A stretch of DNA of 64,000 bases from Vicinamibacterales bacterium (GTDB taxonomy: Bacteria; Acidobacteriota; Vicinamibacteria; Vicinamibacterales; UBA2999). Both the position numbers and the translations under genes were made by a program. The stretch is from positions 10,254 to 74,253 of the forward strand of contig DATJEU010000006.1 of assembly GCA_035496255.1 (NCBI GenBank), in the 5' to 3' direction. The notes under the pieces were generated by a model. It made no database searches. It was not told the DNA's origin and saw nothing but the letters and a program-made list of their open reading frames with translations. How positions within the stretch are numbered: position 1 is the first letter of the stretch; every line of letters starts with the position of its first letter. Positions 1 through 9,306 of this stretch are shown in pieces.

Positions 1-2272
1 TGACGAAGCGATTTCCGGCGGCAAGTTGATCGGCGTCTTCACGCAGCGCGACGCGTCGGTGGAAGAGCCCCAGCAGGCGGACCTCTACGCGGTCGGTACC
101 GCGAGTCATATTCACAAGATGTTCAAGCTGCCGGACGGCAGCCTGCGGTTGATTGTCCAGGGTCTCGCCCGCCTCACCCTTGATGAAGTGATCGAGACCC
201 GTCCGTACCTGCGAGCTCGCGTGAGTCCAGCGCCCGAGGCATCGGACATCATCGAGGACCTCGAGATCGACGCGCTGCTGCGCAACATCAAGACGAATTT
301 CCAGCAGGTCGTATCGCTGTCGCCGCTGCTCTCGGACGACCTGCAGACACTGGCCTCGAACATCACCGAACCCGGACGGTTAGCCGACTTCATCGCCTCG
401 AGCCTGACGACCATTGCGACGCCGGTGAAGCAGGAAGTGCTCGAGACGCTCGACGTGCGCGCGCGGATGGACGCGCTGAACCGGATTCTGATCAAGGAGC
501 TCGAGGTTCTCGAGCTCGGTTCCAAGATCCAGTCGCAGGTGCAGTCCGAAGTCGGCAAGAACCAGCGCGAATACTTTCTGCGCGAGCAGTTGAAGGCGAT
601 TCAGAAGGAGCTCGGCGAGGGCGACGATCAGACCAAGGAGATCGAAGAGCTCACCGAGAAGATCGAGGCGGCCGGCATGCCCGAGCCGGTACGCAAGGAA
701 GCACAGCGTGAGCTCGATCGTCTGGCGAAGATGCCGGTCGCGGCGGCCGAATACACCGTCTCACGCACCTACCTGGATTGGCTGGTGACGCTGCCCTGGC
801 AGAAGCGCACGGATGAAGTGATTGATCTGCCCAGGACGAAGCAGATTCTCGACGCGGATCACTCGGGCCTCGAGAAGGCCAAGGACCGTATCCTCGAGTA
901 CTTGGCGGTGCGAAAGCTGAATCCCGAGGTCAAGGGACCGATCCTGTGTTTTGCCGGGCCTCCCGGCGTGGGCAAGACGTCGCTGGCTCGCGGCATCGCA
1001 CAGTCGCTCGGCCGGAAGTTCGTGCGCGTGTCGCTTGGAGGCATGCGCGACGAGGCCGAGATCCGCGGGCATCGGCGCACCTATATCGGGGCGCTGCCGG
1101 GACAGGTCATCCAGGGCCTGCGCCGCGCCGAATCGAAGAACCCGGTGTTCATCCTCGACGAAATCGACAAGCTGGGAAATGATTTCCGCGGCGACCCGGC
1201 ATCGGCGCTGCTCGAAGTGCTCGATCCAGAACAGAACAACACGTTCCGCGATCACTATCTCGACGTTCCCTTCGATCTTTCCGAGGTGCTGTTCATCACG
1301 ACAGCGAACGTCCTCGACCCGATCCCGCCGGCGCTTCGTGATCGTATGGAGGTGCTGGAGATCCCGGGTTACACCGAGGAAGAAAAACTGAAGATTGCGT
1401 GTGAGCACCTGGTGGACAAGCAGGTGAAGAATCACGGCCTGACCGCCGAGCAGGTCACGATCACCGACGCCGCGCTGAAGACGGTGATTCGCGGCTACAC
1501 ACGCGAAGCGGGCGTGCGTAACCTGGAGCGCGAGATTGGCGCGTTGTGCCGGAAAGCGGCGCGGCGGCGGGCCGAGGGCGACGAGTCACCGCTCGAGATT
1601 ACGCCGCAGGTCGTCCAGCAGATGCTCGGCGCGCCGACGTTCCTCGACGAGGAGATGGAGGAGCGTACCAAGGAGCCTGGCGTCGCGATCGGTCTGGCCT
1701 GGACTGCTGCTGGCGGCGAGGTGCTGTTCATCGAAGCCTCACGCATGGCGGGGAGCGGCACGCTGACGCTGACGGGACAGCTTGGCGAGGTGATGAAGGA
1801 ATCCGCCCGCGCGGCGCTGTCCTGGTTCCGCGCGCATGCCGCCGCTTTCGGTGCGGATGCCGATTTCTTCAAGAACGCCGAGATCCACCTCCATGTCCCA
1901 TCCGGCGCCATCCCGAAGGACGGTCCCTCTGCCGGGGTGACAATCGCCACGGCGCTCGCGTCGGAGCTGACGCGCCGGCCGGTGCGCGGCGACATCGCGA
2001 TGACTGGCGAGATCACGTTGTCTGGCCGGGTCCTGCCGGTGGGCGGCATCAAGGAAAAGGTGTTGGCCGCGCGACGTGTCGGCATGCGCGAGGTCATCCT
2101 TCCCCGGCAGAACGAAAAGAACGTCAACGAGGACCTGACGGAGGAACTCCGCAAGGAATTGACGATCCACTTCGTCTCCACCGTGGACGAAGTGCTGCTG
2201 CTGGCGCTGACGCCGGCGACGAAAACGCAGGGCGACAAGAAGGAGCGCCGCGTCCAGCCGCGCCTGCAATAG
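1..2272 (+). CDS. lon: ATP-dependent Lon protease (N-terminus outside window)
   Basis: ORF open to the window edge (frame of nt 2). Lon N-domain; AAA+ Walker A GPPGVGKTS; Walker B FILDEIDK; protease Ser motif PKDGPSAGV. Confidence 0.95.
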   Translation, partial: DEAISGGKLIGVFTQRDASVEEPQQADLYAVGTASHIHKMFKLPDGSLRLIVQGLARLTLDEVIETRPYLRARVSPAPEASDIIEDLEIDALLRNIKTNFQQVVSLSPLLSDDLQTLASNITEPGRLADFIASSLTTIATPVKQEVLETLDVRARMDALNRILIKELEVLELGSKIQSQVQSEVGKNQREYFLREQLKAIQKELGEGDDQTKEIEELTEKIEAAGMPEPVRKEAQRELDRLAKMPVAAAEYTVSRTYLDWLVTLPWQKRTDEVIDLPRTKQILDADHSGLEKAKDRILEYLAVRKLNPEVKGPILCFAGPPGVGKTSLARGIAQSLGRKFVRVSLGGMRDEAEIRGHRRTYIGALPGQVIQGLRRAESKNPVFILDEIDKLGNDFRGDPASALLEVLDPEQNNTFRDHYLDVPFDLSEVLFITTANVLDPIPPALRDRMEVLEIPGYTEEEKLKIACEHLVDKQVKNHGLTAEQVTITDAALKTVIRGYTREAGVRNLEREIGALCRKAARRRAEGDESPLEITPQVVQQMLGAPTFLDEEMEERTKEPGVAIGLAWTAAGGEVLFIEASRMAGSGTLTLTGQLGEVMKESARAALSWFRAHAAAFGADADFFKNAEIHLHVPSGAIPKDGPSAGVTIATALASELTRRPVRGDIAMTGEITLSGRVLPVGGIKEKVLAARRVGMREVILPRQNEKNVNEDLTEELRKELTIHFVSTVDEVLLLALTPATKTQGDKKERRVQPRLQ

Positions 2273-2330
2273 ACGAGGCCGCAGTGCCTGGCCGCAGCCG
2301 CGACCGTAGAGACCGACCGTCAGGCCGGCC

Positions 2331-2870
2331 TTAATCCAATAACGCGAGTCCGGCGACCGTCTTCAGATCGATGATTTCTCCCGTACGGATCATCGATCTG
2401 AGCGTCGCCACGTTGAATGCCTTGACCTCGATGTCTTCGTCTTCATCCGGGGACGCCCGCTCGTCATCGTCACGCGGTTCGCGGAGTCCCGTCGCTCTGA
2501 AGAAGTTCATTTCTTCGTCGCAGTAGCCAGGGGTCGGAACAAACGCGCCGAAACTCTCGAGGCGTTCGGGGACGAGTCCCAGTTCCTCCTGACACTCGCG
2601 TTTCGCTGCCTGCTCGACGTTTTCGTCTTTTTTCAGGCTGCCCGCTGGCAGTTCCCATGCCCAGCGGCCGAGCGGCGGACGGTACTGACGTACCAGCAGA
2701 ATCTCGCCGCTTGCCGTGACAGGAATCAGCACCACGGATCCCGGATGCCGGACCACTTCCGCGTTGAGCTCGTGTCCCGTCGGCAGGGTAATCGTCTCGA
2801 TCTGGACGGTGAAGATGCGCCCTTCGTAGATCTTCCTGATCTCCTTCGGAACGATCGGTCTGTCGGTCAT
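2331..2870 (-). CDS. NUDIX hydrolase (ADP-ribose pyrophosphatase-like)
   Basis: 179 aa. Nudix box GSLKKDENVEQAAKRECQEELGL fits GX5EX7REUXEEXGU. ATGA overlap with the rluD stop. Confidence 0.85.
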   Translation of the reverse strand: MTDRPIVPKEIRKIYEGRIFTVQIETITLPTGHELNAEVVRHPGSVVLIPVTASGEILLVRQYRPPLGRWAWELPAGSLKKDENVEQAAKRECQEELGLVPERLESFGAFVPTPGYCDEEMNFFRATGLREPRDDDERASPDEDEDIEVKAFNVATLRSMIRTGEIIDLKTVAGLALLD

Positions 2871-3829
2871 TTCTCCTCCGGCGGCCAGCCAGGCAGGTCG
2901 TCGAGCACGTTCATCAGATCGTCCGGAAGCGGCGCAATGAATTCCATCCGGCGGCCGTCGCGAGGATGATGAAACATGAGGCGTGCCGCGTGAAGGAACG
3001 GCCGCGTCAGGCGCTGCACCGCCTTGATGTCGCCGGTCACTCGCCGGTGGACGCCGCCGTAAAGTGCATCACCCACAATCGGATGGCCGATCGCACCCAG
3101 ATGGACCCGGATCTGATGCGTGCGGCCGGTGTGAATCGCGACCTGGCACAGCGTGACCGCCGGCATGTGATGCGCCCGTGTAATCCGTGTGACCGCGCTC
3201 CGCGCGTGTCTGGCGCGGGCGGACATCTTCTGCCGGTTGGACGGGTCACGACCGATCGCCGCGTCGATCCGTCGCCCGGCCTGGACCACGCCCCATACCA
3301 ACGCGATGTATTCCTTCTCGACTTCGCGATCCTGGAACTGACGCGCCAGCTCCTGGTGCGCGGCGTCATTCTTCGCGACTACCATCACGCCCGACGTGCC
3401 CCGATCGAGCCGATGCACGATGCCCGGCCGCAATTCACCACCGACACCGCTGAGATCGGTCACGTGATGGAGCAACGCATTGACGAGCGTTCCGGACGAG
3501 TGGCCGGCCGCGGGATGCACCACCATGCCTGCCGGCTTGTTGATCACCGCAACGTCAGCGTCCTGATGAAGGATCTCGATCGGCAGATCCTCGCCGGTCA
3601 GAGTCGATGGCGTGGGTTCGGGGGCGTCGAGTGTTACTCGATCGCCCTCACGTAGCTGCAGGTTCGGCTTGGCTGTTTTCTGGTGGCCCGTGGTGGTGGC
3701 AATCACCACGTGTCCTTCGCTGATCAGCCGTTGCAGTTGCGAACGTGAACGGTCGGCGAGGACGGAGACGAGAAAGCGATCGAGGCGCTGTCCGTCGAAC
3801 TCCGGCGGTACGACGAAGTGCGTGTTCAC
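2867..3829 (-). CDS. rluD: RluA/RluD-family pseudouridine synthase
   Basis: S4-like N-terminus and catalytic motif HRLDRGTSGVMVVAK. Start placed at GTG 3829 (GTGA overlap with the lgt stop). The 558-aa track ORF is an Arg-rich 5' extension running over lgt. Confidence 0.85.
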   Translation of the reverse strand: MNTHFVVPPEFDGQRLDRFLVSVLADRSRSQLQRLISEGHVVIATTTGHQKTAKPNLQLREGDRVTLDAPEPTPSTLTGEDLPIEILHQDADVAVINKPAGMVVHPAAGHSSGTLVNALLHHVTDLSGVGGELRPGIVHRLDRGTSGVMVVAKNDAAHQELARQFQDREVEKEYIALVWGVVQAGRRIDAAIGRDPSNRQKMSARARHARSAVTRITRAHHMPAVTLCQVAIHTGRTHQIRVHLGAIGHPIVGDALYGGVHRRVTGDIKAVQRLTRPFLHAARLMFHHPRDGRRMEFIAPLPDDLMNVLDDLPGWPPEEK

Positions 3830-4638
3830 GCGGCGACGCGTCGGCGGCGGACGCTCTGCTGCGGCGCTGGCGGCTCCGTGCGTCTCAGCCGGAACAGCAT
3901 GACGATGCTGAGCGGAGCAAGGATGAGCGAGATGAACTGTGAGGTCGACACGCCGAACATCTCGCCGCGCGGGTCGCCGCGGTAGAACTCGATGATGAAT
4001 CGGGAGATGGCATACATCAGCATGTATGCCCAGAATGTCCGCCCCGCGAACGGCTTCCCCCTTTTCTCTGTGAACAGGAGGATGCCCAGAATCAGTAGTT
4101 CGGCGCCGGCCTCGTACAACTGCGTCGGGTGCAGCGGCACGCCGAGCGGGGTGCCGACGTTGGCCGCCGCCAACGGATTGTGGAAGGTGATACCCCAGGG
4201 CAGGGTCGTGGGCCGGCCGTAGCAGCATCCGGCCGCGAGACATCCCAGCCGTCCGGTGACGTGACCCAGCGCAATCCCGGGTGCGAATACGTCGGTCGTC
4301 GTCCAGAAGGGCATCCGATGTTTGGTGATGTACCAGAAAGCGATGGCGACTGCGAGCATCAGGCCGCCGTAGAACACGCCTCCGGATCGCGCCAGCGAGG
4401 CGAGCTCCATCGGCGAACGCCGGAACTGGTCGAAGTCCACGATCAGCAGCAGCAGCTTGGCGCCGATGAGCGCGGCGATGATGATGTAGATTCCGAGGTC
4501 GAGGACGCGAGTGGCATCGAGCCCCCACCGCTTTGCGCGCCACATCGCCAGGCGCAGCCCCAGCAGATATGACACGGCGAGGAGGACGCCGTACGAGTAG
4601 ACGGTGACCGGTCCGATGCTAAACAGCTCTGGGTACAC
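3826..4638 (-). CDS. lgt: Prolipoprotein diacylglyceryl transferase
   Basis: 270 aa polytopic membrane protein. N-terminus YPELFSIGPVTVYSYGVLL and the HPTQLYE motif are typical of Lgt. Confidence 0.9.
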   Translation of the reverse strand: MYPELFSIGPVTVYSYGVLLAVSYLLGLRLAMWRAKRWGLDATRVLDLGIYIIIAALIGAKLLLLIVDFDQFRRSPMELASLARSGGVFYGGLMLAVAIAFWYITKHRMPFWTTTDVFAPGIALGHVTGRLGCLAAGCCYGRPTTLPWGITFHNPLAAANVGTPLGVPLHPTQLYEAGAELLILGILLFTEKRGKPFAGRTFWAYMLMYAISRFIIEFYRGDPRGEMFGVSTSQFISLILAPLSIVMLFRLRRTEPPAPQQSVRRRRVAA

Positions 4639-5113
4639 GGTGTCGCCCCACTCCGAGGATATCGAGAATCATCAGCGCAACGCCGACCGTGATCGCGGCG
4701 TCGGCCACGTTGAACGCCCAGAAATGCCAGTTCCCATGGTAGGCGTCGACGAAGTCGAGTACGTAGCCGTTGGCGATGCGATCGATCAGGTTGCCGGCGG
4801 CGCCGCCGATGACGAAGGCGAGGCCGAGGCGGCTGAGCCGCTGCGCCGCGTCGAGCGTCGCGGCGTAGAACCCCAGACCGGACAGCGCGGTGGCGGCGAC
4901 CAGCGCGACGACCAGCGTCTTGTACGGGAACTCCACGGCGTTCATCAGGCCGAAGGCAGCGCCGGTATTGTGCACCCGCGTCAGGTTCAGGCCCGGAAAG
5001 ACGTGGACGGTTTCGTACAGGCCAAGGTGGGTACGGACGATCTGTTTCGCGACCTGGTCGAGCACGACGACCGTGACCGCGATGATGACCTGGAGTGGTC
5101 GCGACGCCGTCAC
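4619..5113 (-). CDS. lspA: Lipoprotein signal peptidase II
   Basis: 164 aa, 4 TM. Motifs NTGAAFG and FNVAD. GTGA overlap with the ileS stop. Confidence 0.9.
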   Translation of the reverse strand: MTASRPLQVIIAVTVVVLDQVAKQIVRTHLGLYETVHVFPGLNLTRVHNTGAAFGLMNAVEFPYKTLVVALVAATALSGLGFYAATLDAAQRLSRLGLAFVIGGAAGNLIDRIANGYVLDFVDAYHGNWHFWAFNVADAAITVGVALMILDILGVGRHRVPRAV

Positions 5114-7935
5114 GCCTTCAACGCCGGTGCAGTGAGCGCGTCAACGCAACGATCGCAGAGGCCCGCCCACTGCGGCTCGTCGTGAATGGCCGGAACCATG
5201 CGCCAGCAGCGCTCACATTTCGCGCCTGGTGCGCGGTCGACCTCGACGCGGATAGTGTCGACGCCGTCCGCTGAGCCGAGGTGGAGCGCCACCTCCGAGA
5301 CGATGAACAGCGTCGGCAACGAATCGCGGTAGCGCTCGAGCAGCGCCGCGATCGGGCCGGACGCGGCGAGGACGACCCGCGCACCGAGCGACGTGCCGAT
5401 CACTTTGTCCTTCCGTTTTTCCTCGAGCGCCGCGTTGACGTCCTCGCGTACGGCCAGCAACTGTGCCCACCGCGCGCCGAGTTCCGGGTTTGCGTACCCG
5501 GCAACATCGGGAAAGGATTCGAGGTGCACGGATTCCGACCGCCGCCCAGGCAGGTGCAGCCACAGTGTGTCCGCGGTCACCGGCAGAATCGGCGCCAGCA
5601 AGCGGGCAAGGCCATCCGCGATGATGTACATCGCCGTCTGGGTTGACCGCCGCTCGCGCGAGGCCGCCGCGAATGTGTACATGCGGTCCTTTGTGGCATC
5701 CACGTAAAACGCGCTCAGATCGACGGTAGCGAACTGCAGCAGGAGTTTCGCGGCGTCGGCAAAGGCGTAGGTGTCATAGGCGCCGGCGACGCGAGTTGTC
5801 GTGTCGGTGTATCGATCCAGCGCGAACCGGTCGATTTCATCCATCTCGGCAACCGGCACCATGTCGGTCGCGGGATTGAAGTCGTAGAGATTCGCGGCGA
5901 GGATCCGGACCGTGTTGCGCAGCTTGCGATAGGCATCGATGACACGCGTCAGGATTTCCTTGCTGACGCGCAATTCCTCACTGTAGTCGCTCATCGCCAC
6001 CCACAGCCGGAGGATTTCGGCACCGCTTTCCTTGATCACGTCCTGCGGCACGATGACGTTGCCGACCGACTTCGACATCTTGCGGCCTTCGAGGTCGATC
6101 AGAAAGCCGTGAGTCAGTACCGCACGGAACGGCGGCCGCTGCCGCGTCGCCAATGCCACGAGCAGTGAGCTCTGGAACCACCCGCGATGCTGGTCGCTGC
6201 CTTCGAGGTACAGGTCCGCCGGCCAACCCAGTTCGGGATGACGCGCCAGCACGGCCTCGTGACTCGAACCCGAGTCGAACCAGACGTCCAGGATGTCGCG
6301 CTCACGCTCGAACTCGCTCCCGCCGCATGACGGGCACGTCAGGCCGGGCGGGATGAACTCGGCCGCGGGCCGTTCATACCAGGCGTCGGCTCCGTACTGC
6401 TCGAAGACCTTCGCCGCCCGCTCGACGAGGGCGGCAGTGATGATGGCCTCACCACACTTCGTGCAGTCAACTGCCGTGATCGGCACGCCCCACGCGCGCT
6501 GACGCGAGATGCACCAGTCGGGGCGATTCGTGACCATGTTGAAGATGCGGTCGTGTCCCCAGGCGGGAATCCAGCGCACTTCGTGATCGATCGCGTACTG
6601 GGCCGCGGCGCGCAGCGTTCGCGTCCGGCCATCGGCGCCCTCGATCACGGGATCTCCGTCCATGCGCACGAACCACTGCGCAGTGGCGAGAAAGATCACC
6701 GGGTTGTGACAGCGCCAGCAGTGCGGGTACTGATGCGAGAAAACCTCGCGATGCCAGAGCCGCGAGCGGTCCTTCAGCGCCTGCTCCACGTTCGGGTTCG
6801 CGTCGAACACACGCTGCCCGCCAAACAGCTCGACGGTCTCCAGGAAGTGACCGCCGGGTCCGACCGGTGCATAGATGTCGAGCCCGTACCTCTTGCCGGT
6901 GAGGAAGTCGTCGGCACCGTGACCGGGAGCGGTGTGCACCGCGCCCGTGCCCGCCTCGAGCGTGACGTAGTCGGCGAGGACGCCAACAGAATCGCGTGCG
7001 TAAAGCGGATGACGAAAGCGGAGGTGTTCGAGCTGCTCGCCCTTCATCCGCGCCACCGGCGGACCGAACGGCTTGCCCACGGCCTGCGACACGCGCTCGG
7101 CCAGACCTTCGGCGACGATGACTGCCGTCCCTTCGACATCGTACGCGGCGTAGTCGAACTCCGGATGGAACGCGATCGCGAGATTCGACGGAATCGTCCA
7201 CGGCGTCGTCGTCCAGATCAGCACCGAAACACTGCGACCGGACAGGGCGGGAACGCGCGCGGCGAGCTCGCCGGCGCTCTCGGGGTTCAGCGGAAATTCG
7301 ACGTAGATCGACGGCGATGAATGGTCCGCGTACTCGACTTCGGCTTCAGCCAGCGCCGTGCGGCAGTGGATGCACCAGTGCACCGGCTTCTTGCCCTTGT
7401 ACACGAGGCCGCGCTCGACGAACTTGCCCAGCGCCCGCGCGATGTCCGCCTGGTACTGGTAGTTCATCGTCAGGTAGTAATGGTCCCAGTCGCCGAAGAC
7501 CATCAGACGCTTGAATTCGCCGGTCATCACGCCGATGAACTTCTCGGCGTAGGCCCGGCAGGCGCGGCGGATGTCGGCGATCGACATCTCGCGCTTCTTC
7601 GGGCCGAGCTCGCGATCGACCTTCAGCTCGATCGGCAGACCATGGCAGTCGTAACCCGGCGTGTAAGGCACGTCGAAGCCGGCCATCGACTTCGACTTGA
7701 TGACGAGGTCCTTGAGGATCTTGTTGAGCGCCGTGCCGAGATGGATTCGCCCATTCGCGTACGGTGGGCCGTCGTGAAAGACGAATTTCGGCGCGCCCTC
7801 GCGCGCCTTGCGAATCTGCCCATACAGATCCATGGCCTCCCAGCGCGCCAGCGCCTCAGGCTCGGCTGTCTGCAGATTCGCTTTCATCGGAAAACCTGTA
7901 CGAGGCAGGTTGACCGTGTCCTTCCACTCGGGCAT
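5110..7935 (-). CDS. ileS: Isoleucyl-tRNA synthetase
   Basis: 941 aa. HIGH-type motif PPYANGRIHLGT, KMSKS motif RKMSKSVGN, C-terminal Cys pairs CERC...CDRC. Confidence 0.97.
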   Translation of the reverse strand: MPEWKDTVNLPRTGFPMKANLQTAEPEALARWEAMDLYGQIRKAREGAPKFVFHDGPPYANGRIHLGTALNKILKDLVIKSKSMAGFDVPYTPGYDCHGLPIELKVDRELGPKKREMSIADIRRACRAYAEKFIGVMTGEFKRLMVFGDWDHYYLTMNYQYQADIARALGKFVERGLVYKGKKPVHWCIHCRTALAEAEVEYADHSSPSIYVEFPLNPESAGELAARVPALSGRSVSVLIWTTTPWTIPSNLAIAFHPEFDYAAYDVEGTAVIVAEGLAERVSQAVGKPFGPPVARMKGEQLEHLRFRHPLYARDSVGVLADYVTLEAGTGAVHTAPGHGADDFLTGKRYGLDIYAPVGPGGHFLETVELFGGQRVFDANPNVEQALKDRSRLWHREVFSHQYPHCWRCHNPVIFLATAQWFVRMDGDPVIEGADGRTRTLRAAAQYAIDHEVRWIPAWGHDRIFNMVTNRPDWCISRQRAWGVPITAVDCTKCGEAIITAALVERAAKVFEQYGADAWYERPAAEFIPPGLTCPSCGGSEFERERDILDVWFDSGSSHEAVLARHPELGWPADLYLEGSDQHRGWFQSSLLVALATRQRPPFRAVLTHGFLIDLEGRKMSKSVGNVIVPQDVIKESGAEILRLWVAMSDYSEELRVSKEILTRVIDAYRKLRNTVRILAANLYDFNPATDMVPVAEMDEIDRFALDRYTDTTTRVAGAYDTYAFADAAKLLLQFATVDLSAFYVDATKDRMYTFAAASRERRSTQTAMYIIADGLARLLAPILPVTADTLWLHLPGRRSESVHLESFPDVAGYANPELGARWAQLLAVREDVNAALEEKRKDKVIGTSLGARVVLAASGPIAALLERYRDSLPTLFIVSEVALHLGSADGVDTIRVEVDRAPGAKCERCWRMVPAIHDEPQWAGLCDRCVDALTAPALKA

Positions 7936-7942
7936 AAGCGCT

Positions 7943-7954
7943 AATTGTACAATT
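7943..7954. promoter_or_regulatory. 12-bp perfect palindrome AATTGTACAATT carrying back-to-back TACAAT -10-like hexamers for divergent ileS and M16 genes
   Basis: AT-rich perfect palindrome in a GC-rich intergenic gap of 24 nt. TACAAT reads on both strands, 8 nt before ileS ATG (7935) and 6 nt before ATG 7960. Confidence 0.35.
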
Positions 7955-7959
7955 TGCGG

Positions 7960-9306
7960 ATGGCCCCGGTCGTTTCGCGATCACCTGCACACGCTCCTGA
8001 CGTCGCTCGCGTGCACGAGCAGGTGCTCGCCAACGGCCTGCGCGTTCTCATTCAGGAAGTCCATACGGCTCCGCTCGCGACGGTCTGGTGCTGGTATCGC
8101 GTCGGTTCGAAGGATGAAACGCCAGGCCTCACCGGCGTGTCGCACTGGGTGGAGCACATGAACTTCAAGGGCACCACCAACATCCCGCGCGACCGCGTCA
8201 AGGGCATCATCGAGCAGTACGGCGGTTACTGGAACGGCTACACCTGGATCGACCAAACCACCTACACCGAGACGGCGACGCGTGATGCGCTCGATCACAT
8301 GCTGTTCATCGAGTCGGAACGCATGGCGCGCAGTCTCTACGATCCCGTCGACTGCGAGTCGGAGCGGACGGTCATCATTTCCGAGCTGCAGGGCGGCGAG
8401 AACGATCCCGACCAACTGCTCGATCAGGAATTGACGGCAACGGCGTTTCACGCGCATCCCTACCGTCATCCCACGATCGGGTGGCTGTCGGACCTCGAGA
8501 CGATGACGCGCGAGGATCTGTACGGCTATTACCGTCGCTTCTACCTGCCGAACAACGCGACGCTCGTGATCGTCGGCGACGTGAACACCGGCGACGCTCT
8601 CAGCCGGGTGGCGAAACATTTCGATCCGATTGAGCCCCGCGAGGTCGCTCGACGTGCGCTGACGATCGAACCGCCACAGCTTGGCGAACGCCGCGTCACG
8701 ATCGCGAAACCAGGCACGACGGCCTACCTCAAGATTGGCTACCACGCGCCGGCGGCGACGGCGGACGAATTCTTTCCGCTGCTCCTGCTCGACGCGGTGC
8801 TCAGCGGCGCGAAGGGCATCAACCTGTGGGCAAGCTTTCGCACGCCGCCGCCACAGCGGAGCGCGCGCCTGTATCAGGCGCTGGTCAATACCGGGCTCGC
8901 GTCCGCGGTGAATGGCGGTTATATTCCAACCCAGGATCCGTTCCTCTACACGATCTCGCTGACCGCCACTGAAGGCGTCACGCTAGAGACGCTCGAACAC
9001 GCGGCGCTGGCGGAGATCGACAAGGTCAGGACCGTTGGCGTCACGGCAGCGGAACTGGCGAAAGCGAAACGTCAGTTGCGCGCCCGGCTCGTCTTCGAAA
9101 ACGACAGCATCACCAACATCGCACACCAGCTCGGGTTCTTCGCGACGATCGCCGACTGGCACTTCGTGCCGGCGATCGCCGACCGTCTCGAAGCGGTGAC
9201 GATCGATCAGGTGAATGCGGTGGCGGCTTCTCGATTGATCGCATCCAACCGGACCGTCGGCTGGTTCGAGCCGGTTGACGACGAGTCGGGTGGCGCTGCG
9301 GCGTGA
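7960..9306 (+). CDS. M16 (pitrilysin-family) zinc peptidase, catalytic-type subunit
   Basis: HxxEH zinc motif HWVEH followed by NFKGT. Start ambiguous (TTG 7945, ATG 7960, GTG 8011); ATG 7960 chosen because of the -10-like box. Confidence 0.85.
   Translation: MAPVVSRSPAHAPDVARVHEQVLANGLRVLIQEVHTAPLATVWCWYRVGSKDETPGLTGVSHWVEHMNFKGTTNIPRDRVKGIIEQYGGYWNGYTWIDQTTYTETATRDALDHMLFIESERMARSLYDPVDCESERTVIISELQGGENDPDQLLDQELTATAFHAHPYRHPTIGWLSDLETMTREDLYGYYRRFYLPNNATLVIVGDVNTGDALSRVAKHFDPIEPREVARRALTIEPPQLGERRVTIAKPGTTAYLKIGYHAPAATADEFFPLLLLDAVLSGAKGINLWASFRTPPPQRSARLYQALVNTGLASAVNGGYIPTQDPFLYTISLTATEGVTLETLEHAALAEIDKVRTVGVTAAELAKAKRQLRARLVFENDSITNIAHQLGFFATIADWHFVPAIADRLEAVTIDQVNAVAASRLIASNRTVGWFEPVDDESGGAAA

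Noticed and set aside
3830-4543. 5' extension of the rluD ORF (the track gives 558 aa)
   Set aside because: The extension overlaps lgt in another frame and is Arg-rich. Homology-type sequence begins at VNTHFVVPPEFDG, and a GTG at 3829 overlaps the lgt stop.
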